Assembly (NCBI GenBank): GCA_963700145.1
Contig: OY969474.1
Span: forward strand, 5,024,001-5,088,000
Length of the DNA: 64,000 nucleotides
Reading direction: 5' to 3'
Origin: an uncultured Acidobacteriota bacterium
Lineage (GTDB): Bacteria > Acidobacteriota > Thermoanaerobaculia > Multivoradales > UBA5704
Shown here: in pieces, positions 36,473-46,568 of the stretch
Numbering within the stretch: position 1 is the first letter of the stretch
Layout of the letters: every line of letters begins with the position of its first letter
Position numbers and translations under genes: made by a program
Notes under the pieces: model-generated
What the model was told of the DNA's origin: nothing
Seen by the model: the letters and a program-made list of their open reading frames with translations, nothing else
Databases searched by the model: none

Positions 36473-37401
36473 GCCCGCGCGCCAAGCGCGCGCCCCGCGG
36501 CGGCGGCGAGCTCCTCTTCGGGGTGCACACCGTCGACAACGGCGGCATCGACATGGCGGCCCGGCGCGCAGCCGCCGCCGGCGCCCGCGCGCTGCAGGTG
36601 TTCACCGCGCCGCCGCGCTTCTACGGCGACCGCTCCAACATCCAGGCGGCGCGCGTGGCGCGGTTCCACGCCGCGCTCACCGAGGTCGGCATCGAGCGCC
36701 GGCACGTCATGGTGCACGCCGCCTACGTCCTCAACACCGCCAGCCCCGAAGAGGAGAAGCGGGAGCGCTCGGCGGCCGGCTTGGCGAAGGAGCTGGAGCG
36801 CTCGACGGCGCTGGAGGCCGGGATGGTCTGCTTCCACCCCGGCTCGGCGGGGAGCGGCGGCGACCTCGCGGCGGCGCTCGGCCGGGTGGCGGGGGCGATC
36901 GTCGCCGCCCTGCGCGCCGTCCCGGGTCCGACGCGGCTGCTGGTCGAGAACACCGCCGGCGCCGGGGCCACCGTCGGGCGCACGGCCGCCGAGGTGGCGA
37001 CGATCCTCGCCGTCGTGCCGAAGGCGCTGCGCCCGCGTACCGGCTACGGCCTCGACACCTGCCATCTCTTCGCCTCGGGGTACGACATCCGCCGCTCGCC
37101 CGCCGCGCTCGCCGCTCTCCTCGACGAGTTCGAGGCCGCCACCGGCGAGCCGCCGGCGTTCTTCCACCTCAACGATAGCGAAGGGGACTTGGGGAGCAAC
37201 CGCGACCGCCACACGCTGCTCGGCAAGGGGCGGATCGGCGTCGAGCCGTTCCGCTGGCTGCTCGCCGACCGCCGCGCCCGCGGCGTGCCGCTGATCCTCG
37301 AGACGCCGGAGAAGAACAACGAGGCGGCGGACGACGACCCGTCGCCGGACCCCTGGGACGCCGAGATGTTCGCGCTGCTGCGTGAGCTGGCGCCGGCATA
37401 G
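36469..37401 (+). CDS. nfo: endonuclease IV
   Basis: HAAYVLN, FHPGS, LVENTAG, LDTCHLFASG, HLNDS, DRH and ILETP. Confidence 0.93.
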   Translation: MSPRAKRAPRGGGELLFGVHTVDNGGIDMAARRAAAAGARALQVFTAPPRFYGDRSNIQAARVARFHAALTEVGIERRHVMVHAAYVLNTASPEEEKRERSAAGLAKELERSTALEAGMVCFHPGSAGSGGDLAAALGRVAGAIVAALRAVPGPTRLLVENTAGAGATVGRTAAEVATILAVVPKALRPRTGYGLDTCHLFASGYDIRRSPAALAALLDEFEAATGEPPAFFHLNDSEGDLGSNRDRHTLLGKGRIGVEPFRWLLADRRARGVPLILETPEKNNEAADDDPSPDPWDAEMFALLRELAPA

Positions 37402-37402
37402 A

Positions 37403-38269
37403 ATGACCGTCATCCCGACGCGCATCCCGTTCACCGGCCTCCTGCTGCTCCTCGCGCTCGCGGCGCCCACGGCCGCCGACGTCGAGGACACGCTCAACGC
37501 CCGCTGGCGCGGCGCCTGGGTGGTGGTCAAGGTGCCGCTGCAGTCCGACTGCGCCGGCATCTACACCGACAACGATGTCGCCGGCACGCGGGTGTCGAGC
37601 CGCGGCGCCCGCCGCTTCGCCGCCGGCGAGCTGGCGCGCGTCGAGCGGATCGGCGCCAAGCGCGCCCGGCTCGACCTTTTCCTCGACGTCGCCGAGCCGG
37701 TGCTCGAGCCGCACCGGGAGGGGCCGTTCACGCTCTACGAGGAGAAGCGCTGCAAGGCGCAGCTCAAGGTCGAGCTGCCGCCCGAGGTGGTGCGCGACGC
37801 GGCGCGCGCCGAGGCGGCGGTGAGCGCGCTCCTCGAGCTGCATCCGACGCCCGAAGCGGCGGAGGCCGCCGAAGGCTGGAACCGCCGCCGGCGCGAGCCT
37901 TACCCAGAGGACTACGAGCGCACCCTCGCCGAGCACGCCGCCTGGAAGGTGGAGCAGGTCAACGCCGAGGTGCAGGAGAAGCTCGACCGGGCGAGCGAGG
38001 AGGGCATCCACGTCGCCGACCGCATCGACGACGACCCCGAGTACCTGCAGGGATTCGCGGCGGGCGTCGAGCGGGCGCGCGACAAGTACCTGAGCGACGA
38101 CTGCGAGTCGCTCCTCGACGGCAGCTTCAACAGCTTCTCCGGCTCGCCGCCCGGCGGCAAGGACCGCGACTGGGAGCGCGGCTTCGAAGACGGCCAGCGC
38201 TTGGTCTACTCGCTGGAGCTGCTGCGCCGCCTGCCGCGCTGCTTCGTCCCCGTGCCGCCGGCGCCGTGA
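37403..38269 (+). CDS. hypothetical exported protein
   Basis: Signal peptide, host-like codon usage, four Cys, and position within an operon. Confidence 0.7.
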   Translation: MTVIPTRIPFTGLLLLLALAAPTAADVEDTLNARWRGAWVVVKVPLQSDCAGIYTDNDVAGTRVSSRGARRFAAGELARVERIGAKRARLDLFLDVAEPVLEPHREGPFTLYEEKRCKAQLKVELPPEVVRDAARAEAAVSALLELHPTPEAAEAAEGWNRRRREPYPEDYERTLAEHAAWKVEQVNAEVQEKLDRASEEGIHVADRIDDDPEYLQGFAAGVERARDKYLSDDCESLLDGSFNSFSGSPPGGKDRDWERGFEDGQRLVYSLELLRRLPRCFVPVPPAP

Positions 38270-39822
38270 GCCGCGGGCGCGGCGCGGCGGCGCTCGCGGT
38301 CGCGGCGATCGGGCTCGTCTATCTCTGGTTCCCCAACCTCTACCCGGCGTTCCTCTCGCCCAACGAGCTGTCGCGGGCGCTCCTGACCCGCGCCATCGTC
38401 GAGGAGCGGAGCTTCCGGCTCGACGCCGGCGTCGCGCGCACCGGCGAGTTCAGCGACCTCGCGCGCTTCGGCGGGCACTACTACTCGGACAAGGCGCCGG
38501 GAGTGTCCTTCGCCGCGGCGCCCGCTTGGGCCGCCTGGCGATGGCTCGCCGGGCCTGGCGGTCCGGACGACGACGCGCGGGCGGTGCGCGCCGGCCGCCT
38601 CGCGGTCGTGACGCTCCCGGCCCTCCTCTTCCTCGCCTGGCTGGCCCGCCGCTGGAGCGCCGCGGCCGGCGGCTTCGGCCTGCTCATGGTGCTGGGGCTC
38701 GGCCTCGGCTCGGCGTTTTTCGCCCAGGCCCTGGCGCTGACCGGACACGTTCCCGCGGCGATCCTGCTCTTCCTTGCCGCCTGGTGCGTCGCGGCGCCCG
38801 AGGCTGGGGCGGAGGCGCGGGCGGGGCGCTGGGCCGCGGCGGGGCTGCTCGGCGGCACGGCGGTGCTCGTGGACTACACCTCGGCGCTCTTCCTGGGGAT
38901 CCTGGGTGTCGTCCTGGTGGTGGAGGCGCTGCCGGCTTCAGCCGCCGGGCGGCGGGCCGGCTTGCGCGCCGTCCTCGCCTTTGCGGGTGCCGCCGCGCTG
39001 CCGATCGGCGTTCTGCTCGTCTACCACGCGGTCTGCTTCGGCGGGCCGTTCGAGCTGGCCTACGAACACATGGCGCAGCCGGCGGACCGCCTGCACCGCG
39101 GCACGGGCTTCTTCGGCCTCGGCGCGCCGCGGCCGGAGGCGCTGTGGGGTTTGACCTTCGGCACCCTGCGCGGCCTCTTCGTCCACTCGCCGTTCCTGCT
39201 CCTCGCCGCGCCCGCGGTCGTCCATCTCCGGCGGGCGGGGCGCTGGGGGCGCTGGCACACCCTGCTGGCCGCCGGCGCCCTGGCCTTCTTCGCGGCCAAC
39301 GCCTGCCTGATCGACTGGGAGGGCGGCTGGAGCCTCGGCCCGCGCTACCTGGTGCCGATCTACCCCTTCCTGCTGGAGCTGATCGTCGACGGCTACCGCG
39401 CCGCCGGCAGCGAGCGAGCGCGCGGCTTCTATCGTCTCTTCGGCGCCGCCGCGGTCACGTGGGCGATCCTCCTCCACCTCCTGGCCGTCGCCACCTGGTC
39501 CCTGCCGCCGCACTGGAGCGTCTTCCGCTTCCCGGCCCTCGAGCTCTCCTGGCACCTCCTCCGCCACGGCGCCCTCGCCCCGAACCTCGGGCTCGCCCTG
39601 GGCCTCCCGGGTTGGCTGTCTCTCCTGCCGGTCCTGTTGATGGTGCTGGCGGCGCTGGCGGTGGCGCTGCCTCGCCCCCGCCGGGCCGGCCTCGCCGCGG
39701 CCACCCTCGGCGCCGCGCTCCTCGTCGTCGCCGCCCTCGGGGCGGAAACCGGCTGGACCGCGCGCAAGAACCAGGCGGCCCGAGAGATCGCCGCCTACAT
39801 GGGCTACGCGCCGAAGCGCTAG
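38266..39822 (+). CDS. polytopic membrane protein, possible GT-C glycosyltransferase
   Basis: Many TM segments; NELSR, YYSDKAPG and GGWSLGPRYLVP. Confidence 0.65.
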   Translation: MSRGRGAAALAVAAIGLVYLWFPNLYPAFLSPNELSRALLTRAIVEERSFRLDAGVARTGEFSDLARFGGHYYSDKAPGVSFAAAPAWAAWRWLAGPGGPDDDARAVRAGRLAVVTLPALLFLAWLARRWSAAAGGFGLLMVLGLGLGSAFFAQALALTGHVPAAILLFLAAWCVAAPEAGAEARAGRWAAAGLLGGTAVLVDYTSALFLGILGVVLVVEALPASAAGRRAGLRAVLAFAGAAALPIGVLLVYHAVCFGGPFELAYEHMAQPADRLHRGTGFFGLGAPRPEALWGLTFGTLRGLFVHSPFLLLAAPAVVHLRRAGRWGRWHTLLAAGALAFFAANACLIDWEGGWSLGPRYLVPIYPFLLELIVDGYRAAGSERARGFYRLFGAAAVTWAILLHLLAVATWSLPPHWSVFRFPALELSWHLLRHGALAPNLGLALGLPGWLSLLPVLLMVLAALAVALPRPRRAGLAAATLGAALLVVAALGAETGWTARKNQAAREIAAYMGYAPKR

Positions 39823-41603
39823 ATCGCCTCCAGCTCCTCGATCATCCCGCGCACCAGGTCGAAGCCGCCCTGCCAGAAGGCGCGGTCGGTGACGTCGATG
39901 CCGGCCTCGGCGAGGATCTCCTGGGGGCGCGCCGAGCCGCCGTAGGTGAGGAGCTTCATGTAGACCGGCTTGAAGGCGTCGCCCTGCTCGCGGTAGCGGC
40001 GGTAGAGGGAGAGCACCAGGAGCTGGCCGAAGCTGTAGGCGTAGCAGTAGAAGGGCGTGTGGTAGATGTGCGGGATCGACAGCCACTCGTGCTGGAACTC
40101 GGGGGCGATGTCGAGGCTGTCGCCGAACTGCTGGTCGAGCGTCCGCCGATAGAGCGCCGAGAGGTCGTCGAGCGAGCTGCCGCCGAGGACGGCGGCGTGG
40201 GCGTCGAGCTCGAAGCGCACGAAGCTGGCCTGCCGCAGGACCGTGGCGTAGACGTCGTCGATCGCCGCGGCCAGGAGCTCGCGGCGCGCCAGCGGGTCGT
40301 CCACCTCGCGCAGCAGCCGGTCGGTCATCAGCATCTCGGCGAAGACCGAGGCGGTCTCGGCCAATGGCAGCGAGGAGTGTTGGGTGAGGATCGAATGCCC
40401 CTCGGCCAGCATGCTGTGGATGGCGTGCCCCAGCTCGTGCGCCAGGGTCGCCACGTCGCGCACCTTGCCGGCGTAGTTGACCAGCACCCACGGCGTCAGG
40501 CGCGGCAGGATCGTCGAGCAGAACGCTCCGGCCCGCTTCCCCTTGCGGATCTCGCTGTCCACGTGCCCCTCGTGGAAGACGCGCTCGGCCTGCGCCGCGA
40601 AGAGCGGGTGGAAGTCACGGAAGGTCTCGAGCACCGACTCGACCGCCTGGGCGTAGGGGATCTCGCGGTCGGAGCCGGTCAGCGGCGCGTAGAGGTCGTA
40701 GCGGCGGAGGCGCTCGACGCCGAGCCAGGCGGCCTTCAAGCCGAAGTAGCGCTGGAAGAGCGGCGCGTTCGAGAGCGCCACGTCGAGCAGCACCTCGACC
40801 GCGCGGTCGGGCACGTCGTTGTCGATGTTGCGCACGGCGATGGGGGAAGGGTAGCCGCGCAGCCCCACCTGCTCCTCGTGCCAGTCGCGCACCCGGTTGA
40901 TGTAGATCTGCCCCAGGACCGTCGCCTCCTGGCCGTAGACCCGGTAGAGCTCCTGGTAGGCGGCGGCGCGCAGCTCGGCGCGCGGCGAGAAGGCGTAGCT
41001 CATCAGCGCGTCGCGGGTCAGCGTCTTCTCCTCGCCGTCCACCGCCAGCCGGAACTCCAGCCGGTTGGTGAGCATCGAGTAGATCGTCAGCACCGCGCCG
41101 ATGCCGTTGTCGTCCTTGAGGTTGATGAGCTGCTCGGAGCGCTCGTCGAGGGTGTGGGGCTTGAGCCGCCGCAGGTCGAGGAGCCAGTGCCGGTAGTCGG
41201 GGTTCTCCTGCGGCGTCGGCAGGAGCTTCTCGGCGTCGGCGTCGTCGAGCCCCTTCCACCCCAGGGTGAAGAAGAGGATGCGGTTGTAGGCGGCGGTCAG
41301 CGCCTGCTGCACCCGGTTCTTGAGCGCCAGCGCCTCGCGGCTGCCGGTGTCCTCGGCGAAGCGGAGGGAGGCGTAGCCGCCGACGGCGGTCATCCGCTCG
41401 ATCAACCGCTCGTACTCGGCGAGGAGGGAGAGGAAGAGGCCGCGGTCGATGTCGGGGCCGAGGCTGGCGCGATGGGCCTCGAAGGCGGCCACCTCCCGCT
41501 CGAGGGCGGCGAGCCGCTCGCCCACGGCGGCCTCGCCGGCGTCCGGCAGCAGCTCGGAGAGGTCCCACCCGGAGAGCCGGTACTGCACGTCGGTGTCGCT
41601 CAT
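39819..41603 (-). CDS. pepF: oligoendopeptidase F (M3B)
   Basis: WDLSELL, GKRAGAFC, TLAHELGHAIH, AETASVFAE and HIYHTPFYCYAY. Confidence 0.92.
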   Translation of the reverse strand: MSDTDVQYRLSGWDLSELLPDAGEAAVGERLAALEREVAAFEAHRASLGPDIDRGLFLSLLAEYERLIERMTAVGGYASLRFAEDTGSREALALKNRVQQALTAAYNRILFFTLGWKGLDDADAEKLLPTPQENPDYRHWLLDLRRLKPHTLDERSEQLINLKDDNGIGAVLTIYSMLTNRLEFRLAVDGEEKTLTRDALMSYAFSPRAELRAAAYQELYRVYGQEATVLGQIYINRVRDWHEEQVGLRGYPSPIAVRNIDNDVPDRAVEVLLDVALSNAPLFQRYFGLKAAWLGVERLRRYDLYAPLTGSDREIPYAQAVESVLETFRDFHPLFAAQAERVFHEGHVDSEIRKGKRAGAFCSTILPRLTPWVLVNYAGKVRDVATLAHELGHAIHSMLAEGHSILTQHSSLPLAETASVFAEMLMTDRLLREVDDPLARRELLAAAIDDVYATVLRQASFVRFELDAHAAVLGGSSLDDLSALYRRTLDQQFGDSLDIAPEFQHEWLSIPHIYHTPFYCYAYSFGQLLVLSLYRRYREQGDAFKPVYMKLLTYGGSARPQEILAEAGIDVTDRAFWQGGFDLVRGMIEELEAI

Positions 41604-41698
41604 CACAGTCATGGTGCACCGAAAGCTGGAAGATGTTCCGGGAAACGGGAAAGCCGGGCCGGTGGCAGGGCCCGGCACTGCGCGTCGAAAGGCCGATT

Positions 41699-43252
41699 CT
41701 AAACCAGAGGACGGGTCTCGCCGAGCCCGAGGGGGAGCCGGACGGTCACCGCGGTCCCGGAGGCGGGCGCGCTCTCGACGGCGATCGAGCCTCCCAGCCC
41801 CTCGACCAGCCGCTTGCAGATCGAGAGGCCGAGCCCCGAGCCGCCGCCGCGCCCGCCCGGCGCGCCCTCGGCCTGCACGAAGCGCTCGAAGAGCCGTCCC
41901 TTGACCTCCTCGGCGATGCCCGGTCCGCGGTCGCGCACCACGAACTCCACCTCGCCCTCGAGGCTGCGGGCCGCGAGCACGACCTCGTCGCCGGGGGCCG
42001 AGAACTTGATGGCGTTGGAGAGCAGGTTGTAGAGCACCTGGGCCAGCCGGTTGCGGTCGGTGACCAGGCTGCGCGCCGCCATCATCGTCGCCGCGCGCAC
42101 CCGCACGCCGTGCAGGGCGGCGAAGCCCTGGATGCCGAGCACCGCCTCCTCGACCAGCACGGCGAGCGCCACCGGCGAGCGCTGGAAGCGCAGCTCGCCG
42201 GCCTCCAGGCGCTCGAGGTCGAGCAGGTCCTCGATCAGCCGCTGCAGCCGCTCGCCGTTGCGCTCGGCGACTTCGAGGAGCTCGCGCGCCCGCTCCCCGC
42301 CCGCCTGCAGGCCGCCGCCGCGCAGCAGCTCCACCGCCCCGAGGACCGAGGTGAGCGGGGTGCGCAGCTCGTGGCTGACGGTGGCCAGGAACTCCCGCTT
42401 GCGGCGCTCCACCTGCGCCAGCTCCGCCTGCACCTGGCGGCGCTGCAGCGCGGTGCCGAGCATGCGGGCGGTGGCCTGCAGCGCCTCGAGCTCGCTCGGC
42501 CGCCACTCGCGCTCCTCGTCCTCGGCGATGAAGACGAGCGCGCCGCGCGGCGCGCCGTCGATCTCGATCGGCACCACCGCCAGCGACCCGCCCGCCGGCA
42601 GGCGCCGCCGCACCTCCGGCGGCAGACCGCTCGCCGGCCCGTGGTAGATCCCGGCCAGGACCGGGTCGTCCGGCGCCAGCGGCGGCAGCGGCAGGCTGCC
42701 GGCGGCGCGCCGCCACGACCAGGAGATGGCCTCGACCCCCAGGCCGCCCGGTAGCTCCAGCCGCAGCTCGTCGGCCCCCGCGGCGTGGCTCAGCGACGCG
42801 AGGACGGCCGGCACCTCCTGCTCCCAGCCCTCGGTGTCGAGGAAGCGCTCGGCGGCGAAGGCGAGCGCCGCGAGCACCTTCTCGCGCCGCTCGACGGCCT
42901 CGAGCGCCCGCCGCACCTCGGTGATGTCCTCGCAGAGGGTGACGCGCGCCTGCACCCTGCCGTCCTCGTCGAGCACCGCGTCGGAGAGCAGGCGGACGGG
43001 GAACGTCCGCCCGTCCTTGGCGCGGTTGATCCCTTCACGCCGCCAGCAGGTGGGCGAGGCCGGCGGCTCGCCGCCGGCGCCGGCGACGCCGAGGGTCCCG
43101 GCCGGCTGGCCGAGCAGCTCCTCCGGCGCGTAGCCGTGCATGGCCGCCTCGGCGGGGTTCAAGTAGAGGATGCGCCCTGCGGCGTCGGCGATCGTCACCC
43201 CGATCGTCGAGCGCTCGAGCGCCAGGAGCACCAGCTCCAGCTGGCTACGCAC
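41699..43252 (-). CDS. PAS-domain sensor histidine kinase
   Basis: PAS (YLNPAEAAMHGY), VSHELRTPL, NLLSNAIKF, DRGPGI and GSGLGL. GTG start estimated. Confidence 0.88.
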   Translation of the reverse strand: MRSQLELVLLALERSTIGVTIADAAGRILYLNPAEAAMHGYAPEELLGQPAGTLGVAGAGGEPPASPTCWRREGINRAKDGRTFPVRLLSDAVLDEDGRVQARVTLCEDITEVRRALEAVERREKVLAALAFAAERFLDTEGWEQEVPAVLASLSHAAGADELRLELPGGLGVEAISWSWRRAAGSLPLPPLAPDDPVLAGIYHGPASGLPPEVRRRLPAGGSLAVVPIEIDGAPRGALVFIAEDEEREWRPSELEALQATARMLGTALQRRQVQAELAQVERRKREFLATVSHELRTPLTSVLGAVELLRGGGLQAGGERARELLEVAERNGERLQRLIEDLLDLERLEAGELRFQRSPVALAVLVEEAVLGIQGFAALHGVRVRAATMMAARSLVTDRNRLAQVLYNLLSNAIKFSAPGDEVVLAARSLEGEVEFVVRDRGPGIAEEVKGRLFERFVQAEGAPGGRGGGSGLGLSICKRLVEGLGGSIAVESAPASGTAVTVRLPLGLGETRPLV

Positions 43253-43301
43253 GTTGCTCCGAGAGTACCGCGTTCTTGTACAGTACGCCGACCAGAGCCA
43301 G

Positions 43302-44255
43302 ATGGCGCGCATCCTGGTCGTCGACGACGACCCCGACATCCTCCACCTCGTGGCCCTCGCCTTCGAGGGCGCCGGGCACGACGTGCGCGCCGTCGCCGAC
43401 CCCACCACCGCCGCGCCGCTCGCCCGCTCCGGCGCTTTCGACGCCGTCGTCCTCGACGTGCTGATGCAGCGGCGCTCGGGCTGGGAGGTGCTCGAGGAGC
43501 TGCGGCAGGACCGCGGCACCGAGCGGCTGCCGGTGCTCATGCTGTCGGCGATCGGCGACGCCCAGACCCGCGTCCGCGGCCTGCGGCTCGGCGCCGACGA
43601 CTTCCTCGCCAAGCCGTTCCACCCGGACGAGCTGGTGGCGCGCGTCGAGGGGCTGGTCGCCCGCCACGCCGCCGAGCGGCGCGGCCTGGGCGGGGACTTC
43701 GCCACCCTCACCGTCGGCGACCTGCTGCAGTCGCTGGAGGGCGCGGCGGCCTCGGGCGAGCTGGCGGTCGTGACGCCCGCGGGCGACGGGGAGCTGCGCT
43801 TCACCGGCGGGCGCTGCGTCGGCGCCGCCTTCGGCGGGCTCGAGGGGGTCGAGGCGGTCGTGGCACTCCTCGAAGAGCGCAGCGGCAGCTTCCGGCTCTA
43901 CCCGGACCGGCCGGTCGCCCCGGGCCCCGACGGACCGCTGCCGATGACCGCCATGCTGCTCGAGGCGGGGTGGATCCAGGACGCGCTGCACAGCCGCCTC
44001 GAGAGCCTCCCGCCGGAGGACCGCGCGCTGACCGTGGTGCCGGACCTCGCCGCGCCCGAGATGCAGACCGGCCTGCCGGCGCTGCCGGTCGAGACCGTCC
44101 TCGCCTGCCTCGCCGCCCGCCCCGGCACCTCGCTCGGCGAGCTCCTGGCGACGCGGCTGGCCTCCCCGGCGCGGGTCAAGCTGACCGTCGCCTGGCTGGC
44201 CGGGGAGGGGATCGTACGGGCGGCGGACGGGGAGGACGGCGCTACGGCGCGGTGA
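43302..44255 (+). CDS. response regulator with a DUF4388-like output domain
   Basis: ILVVDDD, LDVLM and GADDFLAKPF, then LGGDFATLTVGDLLQSL...SGEL. Confidence 0.85.
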   Translation: MARILVVDDDPDILHLVALAFEGAGHDVRAVADPTTAAPLARSGAFDAVVLDVLMQRRSGWEVLEELRQDRGTERLPVLMLSAIGDAQTRVRGLRLGADDFLAKPFHPDELVARVEGLVARHAAERRGLGGDFATLTVGDLLQSLEGAAASGELAVVTPAGDGELRFTGGRCVGAAFGGLEGVEAVVALLEERSGSFRLYPDRPVAPGPDGPLPMTAMLLEAGWIQDALHSRLESLPPEDRALTVVPDLAAPEMQTGLPALPVETVLACLAARPGTSLGELLATRLASPARVKLTVAWLAGEGIVRAADGEDGATAR

Positions 44256-45327
44256 GCGAGCCCGAGGCCGCCACCCGCGCTGCCTGGCGGCCGAGGGCGC
44301 GGATCGCCGGCAGCAGCTCGGCGAAGCGCGGGTCGCGGGTCAGACCCTGGCGCCAGCGGTAGTAGATCTGCTGCGCGATGACCGCGATCTTGAAGAGGCC
44401 GAAGGCGTAGTAGAAGGGGAGGCGCGCGAGGTCGCGCCCGCTCGCCGCGGCGTAGAGGTCGGCCAGCTCGGCGCGCGAGGGCGTCCCCGGCAGCGCCGTC
44501 GGCCCGAAGGCCAGCCGCCGCAGCGCCTCGGGATCGCCCGCCTCCACCCAGTAGCCGAGCGTCGTCCCCAGGTCCATCAGCGGGTCGCCGATCGTCGCCA
44601 TCTCCCAGTCGAGGACGGCGCGGATGCGGGTGGGGTCGGCGGGGTCGAGCACCAAGTTGTCGTGCTTGTAGTCGTTGTGCACCAGGGCGGCCCCAGCGTC
44701 GGGCGGGACGTTCGCCTGCAGCCAGGCGGCCGCCTCGTCCATCTCCGGCAGCTCGTCGGTCTGCGAGCCGCGGTAGCGTTCCGCCCAGCCGCGCGCCTGC
44801 CGGGCGGCGTAGCCCTCGGGACGGCCCAGCTCGCCGAGCCCGGCGGCCCGCCAGTCGAGGGCGTGGAGGCGCGCGAGGTTCCCGATCAGCGCCTCGGCCA
44901 GGCCGCGCGCCGCCGGCGGCGGCAGCGCGACCCCGGCCGGCAGGCGGCGGCGCAGGACGACGCCCGGGACGCGCTCCATGAGATAGAACGGGAAGCCGAG
45001 GACCGCGGGGTCGGCGCAGGCGGCGAGCGGCCGCGGCGCCAGCTCGTAGACCGGCGCCAGGCGCGAGAGGATCAGGTGCTCGCGCCCCATGTCGTGCGCC
45101 GTCTTGACCTTGCTGCCGACCGGCGGGCGGCGGAGCACCAGCTCGCGCCCGCCGCAGCGGACGAGGTAGGTCAGGTTCGAGTAGCCGCTCGGGAACTGCC
45201 GCACCTCGAGCCCGCCGGCGAGGCCCAGCGCTTCGCGCAGGAAGGCGGCGAGGCGCGCCGCGTCCAGCTCCTCGCCGGGGCGCACCGGGCCCGGCGCGTC
45301 GGCGGTATCGGCCGGCGGCCCGCTCAT
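44242..45327 (-). CDS. phosphotransferase (APH/ACAD10-11 kinase-like)
   Basis: QFPSGYSNLTY, VLRRPP, AHDMGRE, HNDYKHDN and VLDWEMATIGDP. Confidence 0.9.
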   Translation of the reverse strand: MSGPPADTADAPGPVRPGEELDAARLAAFLREALGLAGGLEVRQFPSGYSNLTYLVRCGGRELVLRRPPVGSKVKTAHDMGREHLILSRLAPVYELAPRPLAACADPAVLGFPFYLMERVPGVVLRRRLPAGVALPPPAARGLAEALIGNLARLHALDWRAAGLGELGRPEGYAARQARGWAERYRGSQTDELPEMDEAAAWLQANVPPDAGAALVHNDYKHDNLVLDPADPTRIRAVLDWEMATIGDPLMDLGTTLGYWVEAGDPEALRRLAFGPTALPGTPSRAELADLYAAASGRDLARLPFYYAFGLFKIAVIAQQIYYRWRQGLTRDPRFAELLPAIRALGRQAARVAASGSLTAP

Positions 45328-46538
45328 CGCGGCGGGTCGAAGCCGTGGCGCGCCAGCTCGGCGCGCGCCACGACCCCCTGGTGCACCTCGTCGGGGCCGT
45401 CGTAGATGCGGGCGGCCCGCTCGGAGCGCCAGAACCAGGCGAGCGGGGTGTCGTCGGTCAACCCGAGCGCGCCGTGCGCCTGGATCGCGCGGTCGAGCAC
45501 CCGTCCCAGGACGCGCGCCACGTAGAACTTGATCAGCGACACCTCGCCGCGGGCGGCGCGGGCGCCGGCGGTGTCGATCGCCCAGGCGGCGCGCAGCACG
45601 AGGAGGGTGGCGGCGTCGATCTCGGCGCGGCTGTCGGCGATCCAGGCCTGGACGAGCTGCTTGCCGGCGAGCGGCTCGCCGGGCGCCAGCTCGCGCGTCG
45701 CGGCGCGCCGGCAGAGCATCTCCAGCGCCCGCTCGCAGATCCCCAGCCAGCGCATGCAGTGGTGGATGCGCCCGGGTCCCAGCCGCGCCTGGGCGAGGGC
45801 GAAGCCGCGGCCGACGCCCGCCGCGCCGCCGAGGACGGCGGCCGCCGGCACGCGGCAGCCCGCCAGCTCCACCTCGCCGTGGCTCGGCCACCCCTCGCCG
45901 GCGTGCCCCATGACCGGGACGTTGCGCAGCAGGCGGAAGCCCGGAGTGTCGGTGGGCACCAGGAAGAGGGTGGCGCGGCCGTGCGGCGGCGCCTCGGGGT
46001 CGGTCACCGCCACGACGACGGCCAGGGCCGCGCCGTCGGCCGAGGAGGCGAACCACTTGCGGCCGTCGAGCACCCAGCCGTCGCCGTCGCGGCGGGCGGT
46101 CGTCCCGAGCCAGGCCGGGTTGGAGCCCGGCCGCTCCGGCTCGGTCATGGCGAAGCAGCTCCGCACCGCGCCGCGCGCCAGCGGCCCGAGCCAGCGCTCG
46201 CGCTGCTCCTCGCTGCCGTGCTCGAGGAGCAGCTCCATGTTGCCGGCGTCGGGAGCCTGGCAGTTGCAGGCGAAATGGCCGAGCGGGCTCCGCCCCAGCT
46301 CGCGCCCGACGAGGGCGAAGTCGCGCAGCGGCAGGCCCATGCCGCCCCAGGCGCCGGGGAGCTGCGGCGCCCAGAACCCGAGCGCCCGCGCCCGCTCGCG
46401 CGCCGCTTCCAGGGGCGGCAGGACGGCGCGCCAGCCCGCGCCCAGGAAGGTGGGCTCGAGGGGGACGATCTCCTCCTCCACGAAGGCGCGCACGCGGTCA
46501 CAGAGGGCGCGGGTGGCGTCGGGGACCGAGAAATCCAT
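45324..46538 (-). CDS. acyl-CoA dehydrogenase (ACAD10/11-like)
   Basis: NCQAPDAGNME, SCFAMTEP, QARLGPGRIHHCMR and RIYDGPDEVH. Confidence 0.92.
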   Translation of the reverse strand: MDFSVPDATRALCDRVRAFVEEEIVPLEPTFLGAGWRAVLPPLEAARERARALGFWAPQLPGAWGGMGLPLRDFALVGRELGRSPLGHFACNCQAPDAGNMELLLEHGSEEQRERWLGPLARGAVRSCFAMTEPERPGSNPAWLGTTARRDGDGWVLDGRKWFASSADGAALAVVVAVTDPEAPPHGRATLFLVPTDTPGFRLLRNVPVMGHAGEGWPSHGEVELAGCRVPAAAVLGGAAGVGRGFALAQARLGPGRIHHCMRWLGICERALEMLCRRAATRELAPGEPLAGKQLVQAWIADSRAEIDAATLLVLRAAWAIDTAGARAARGEVSLIKFYVARVLGRVLDRAIQAHGALGLTDDTPLAWFWRSERAARIYDGPDEVHQGVVARAELARHGFDPPR

Positions 46539-46568
46539 AAGGGGAGGCAGGAAGGGTAGCATTGGGGG

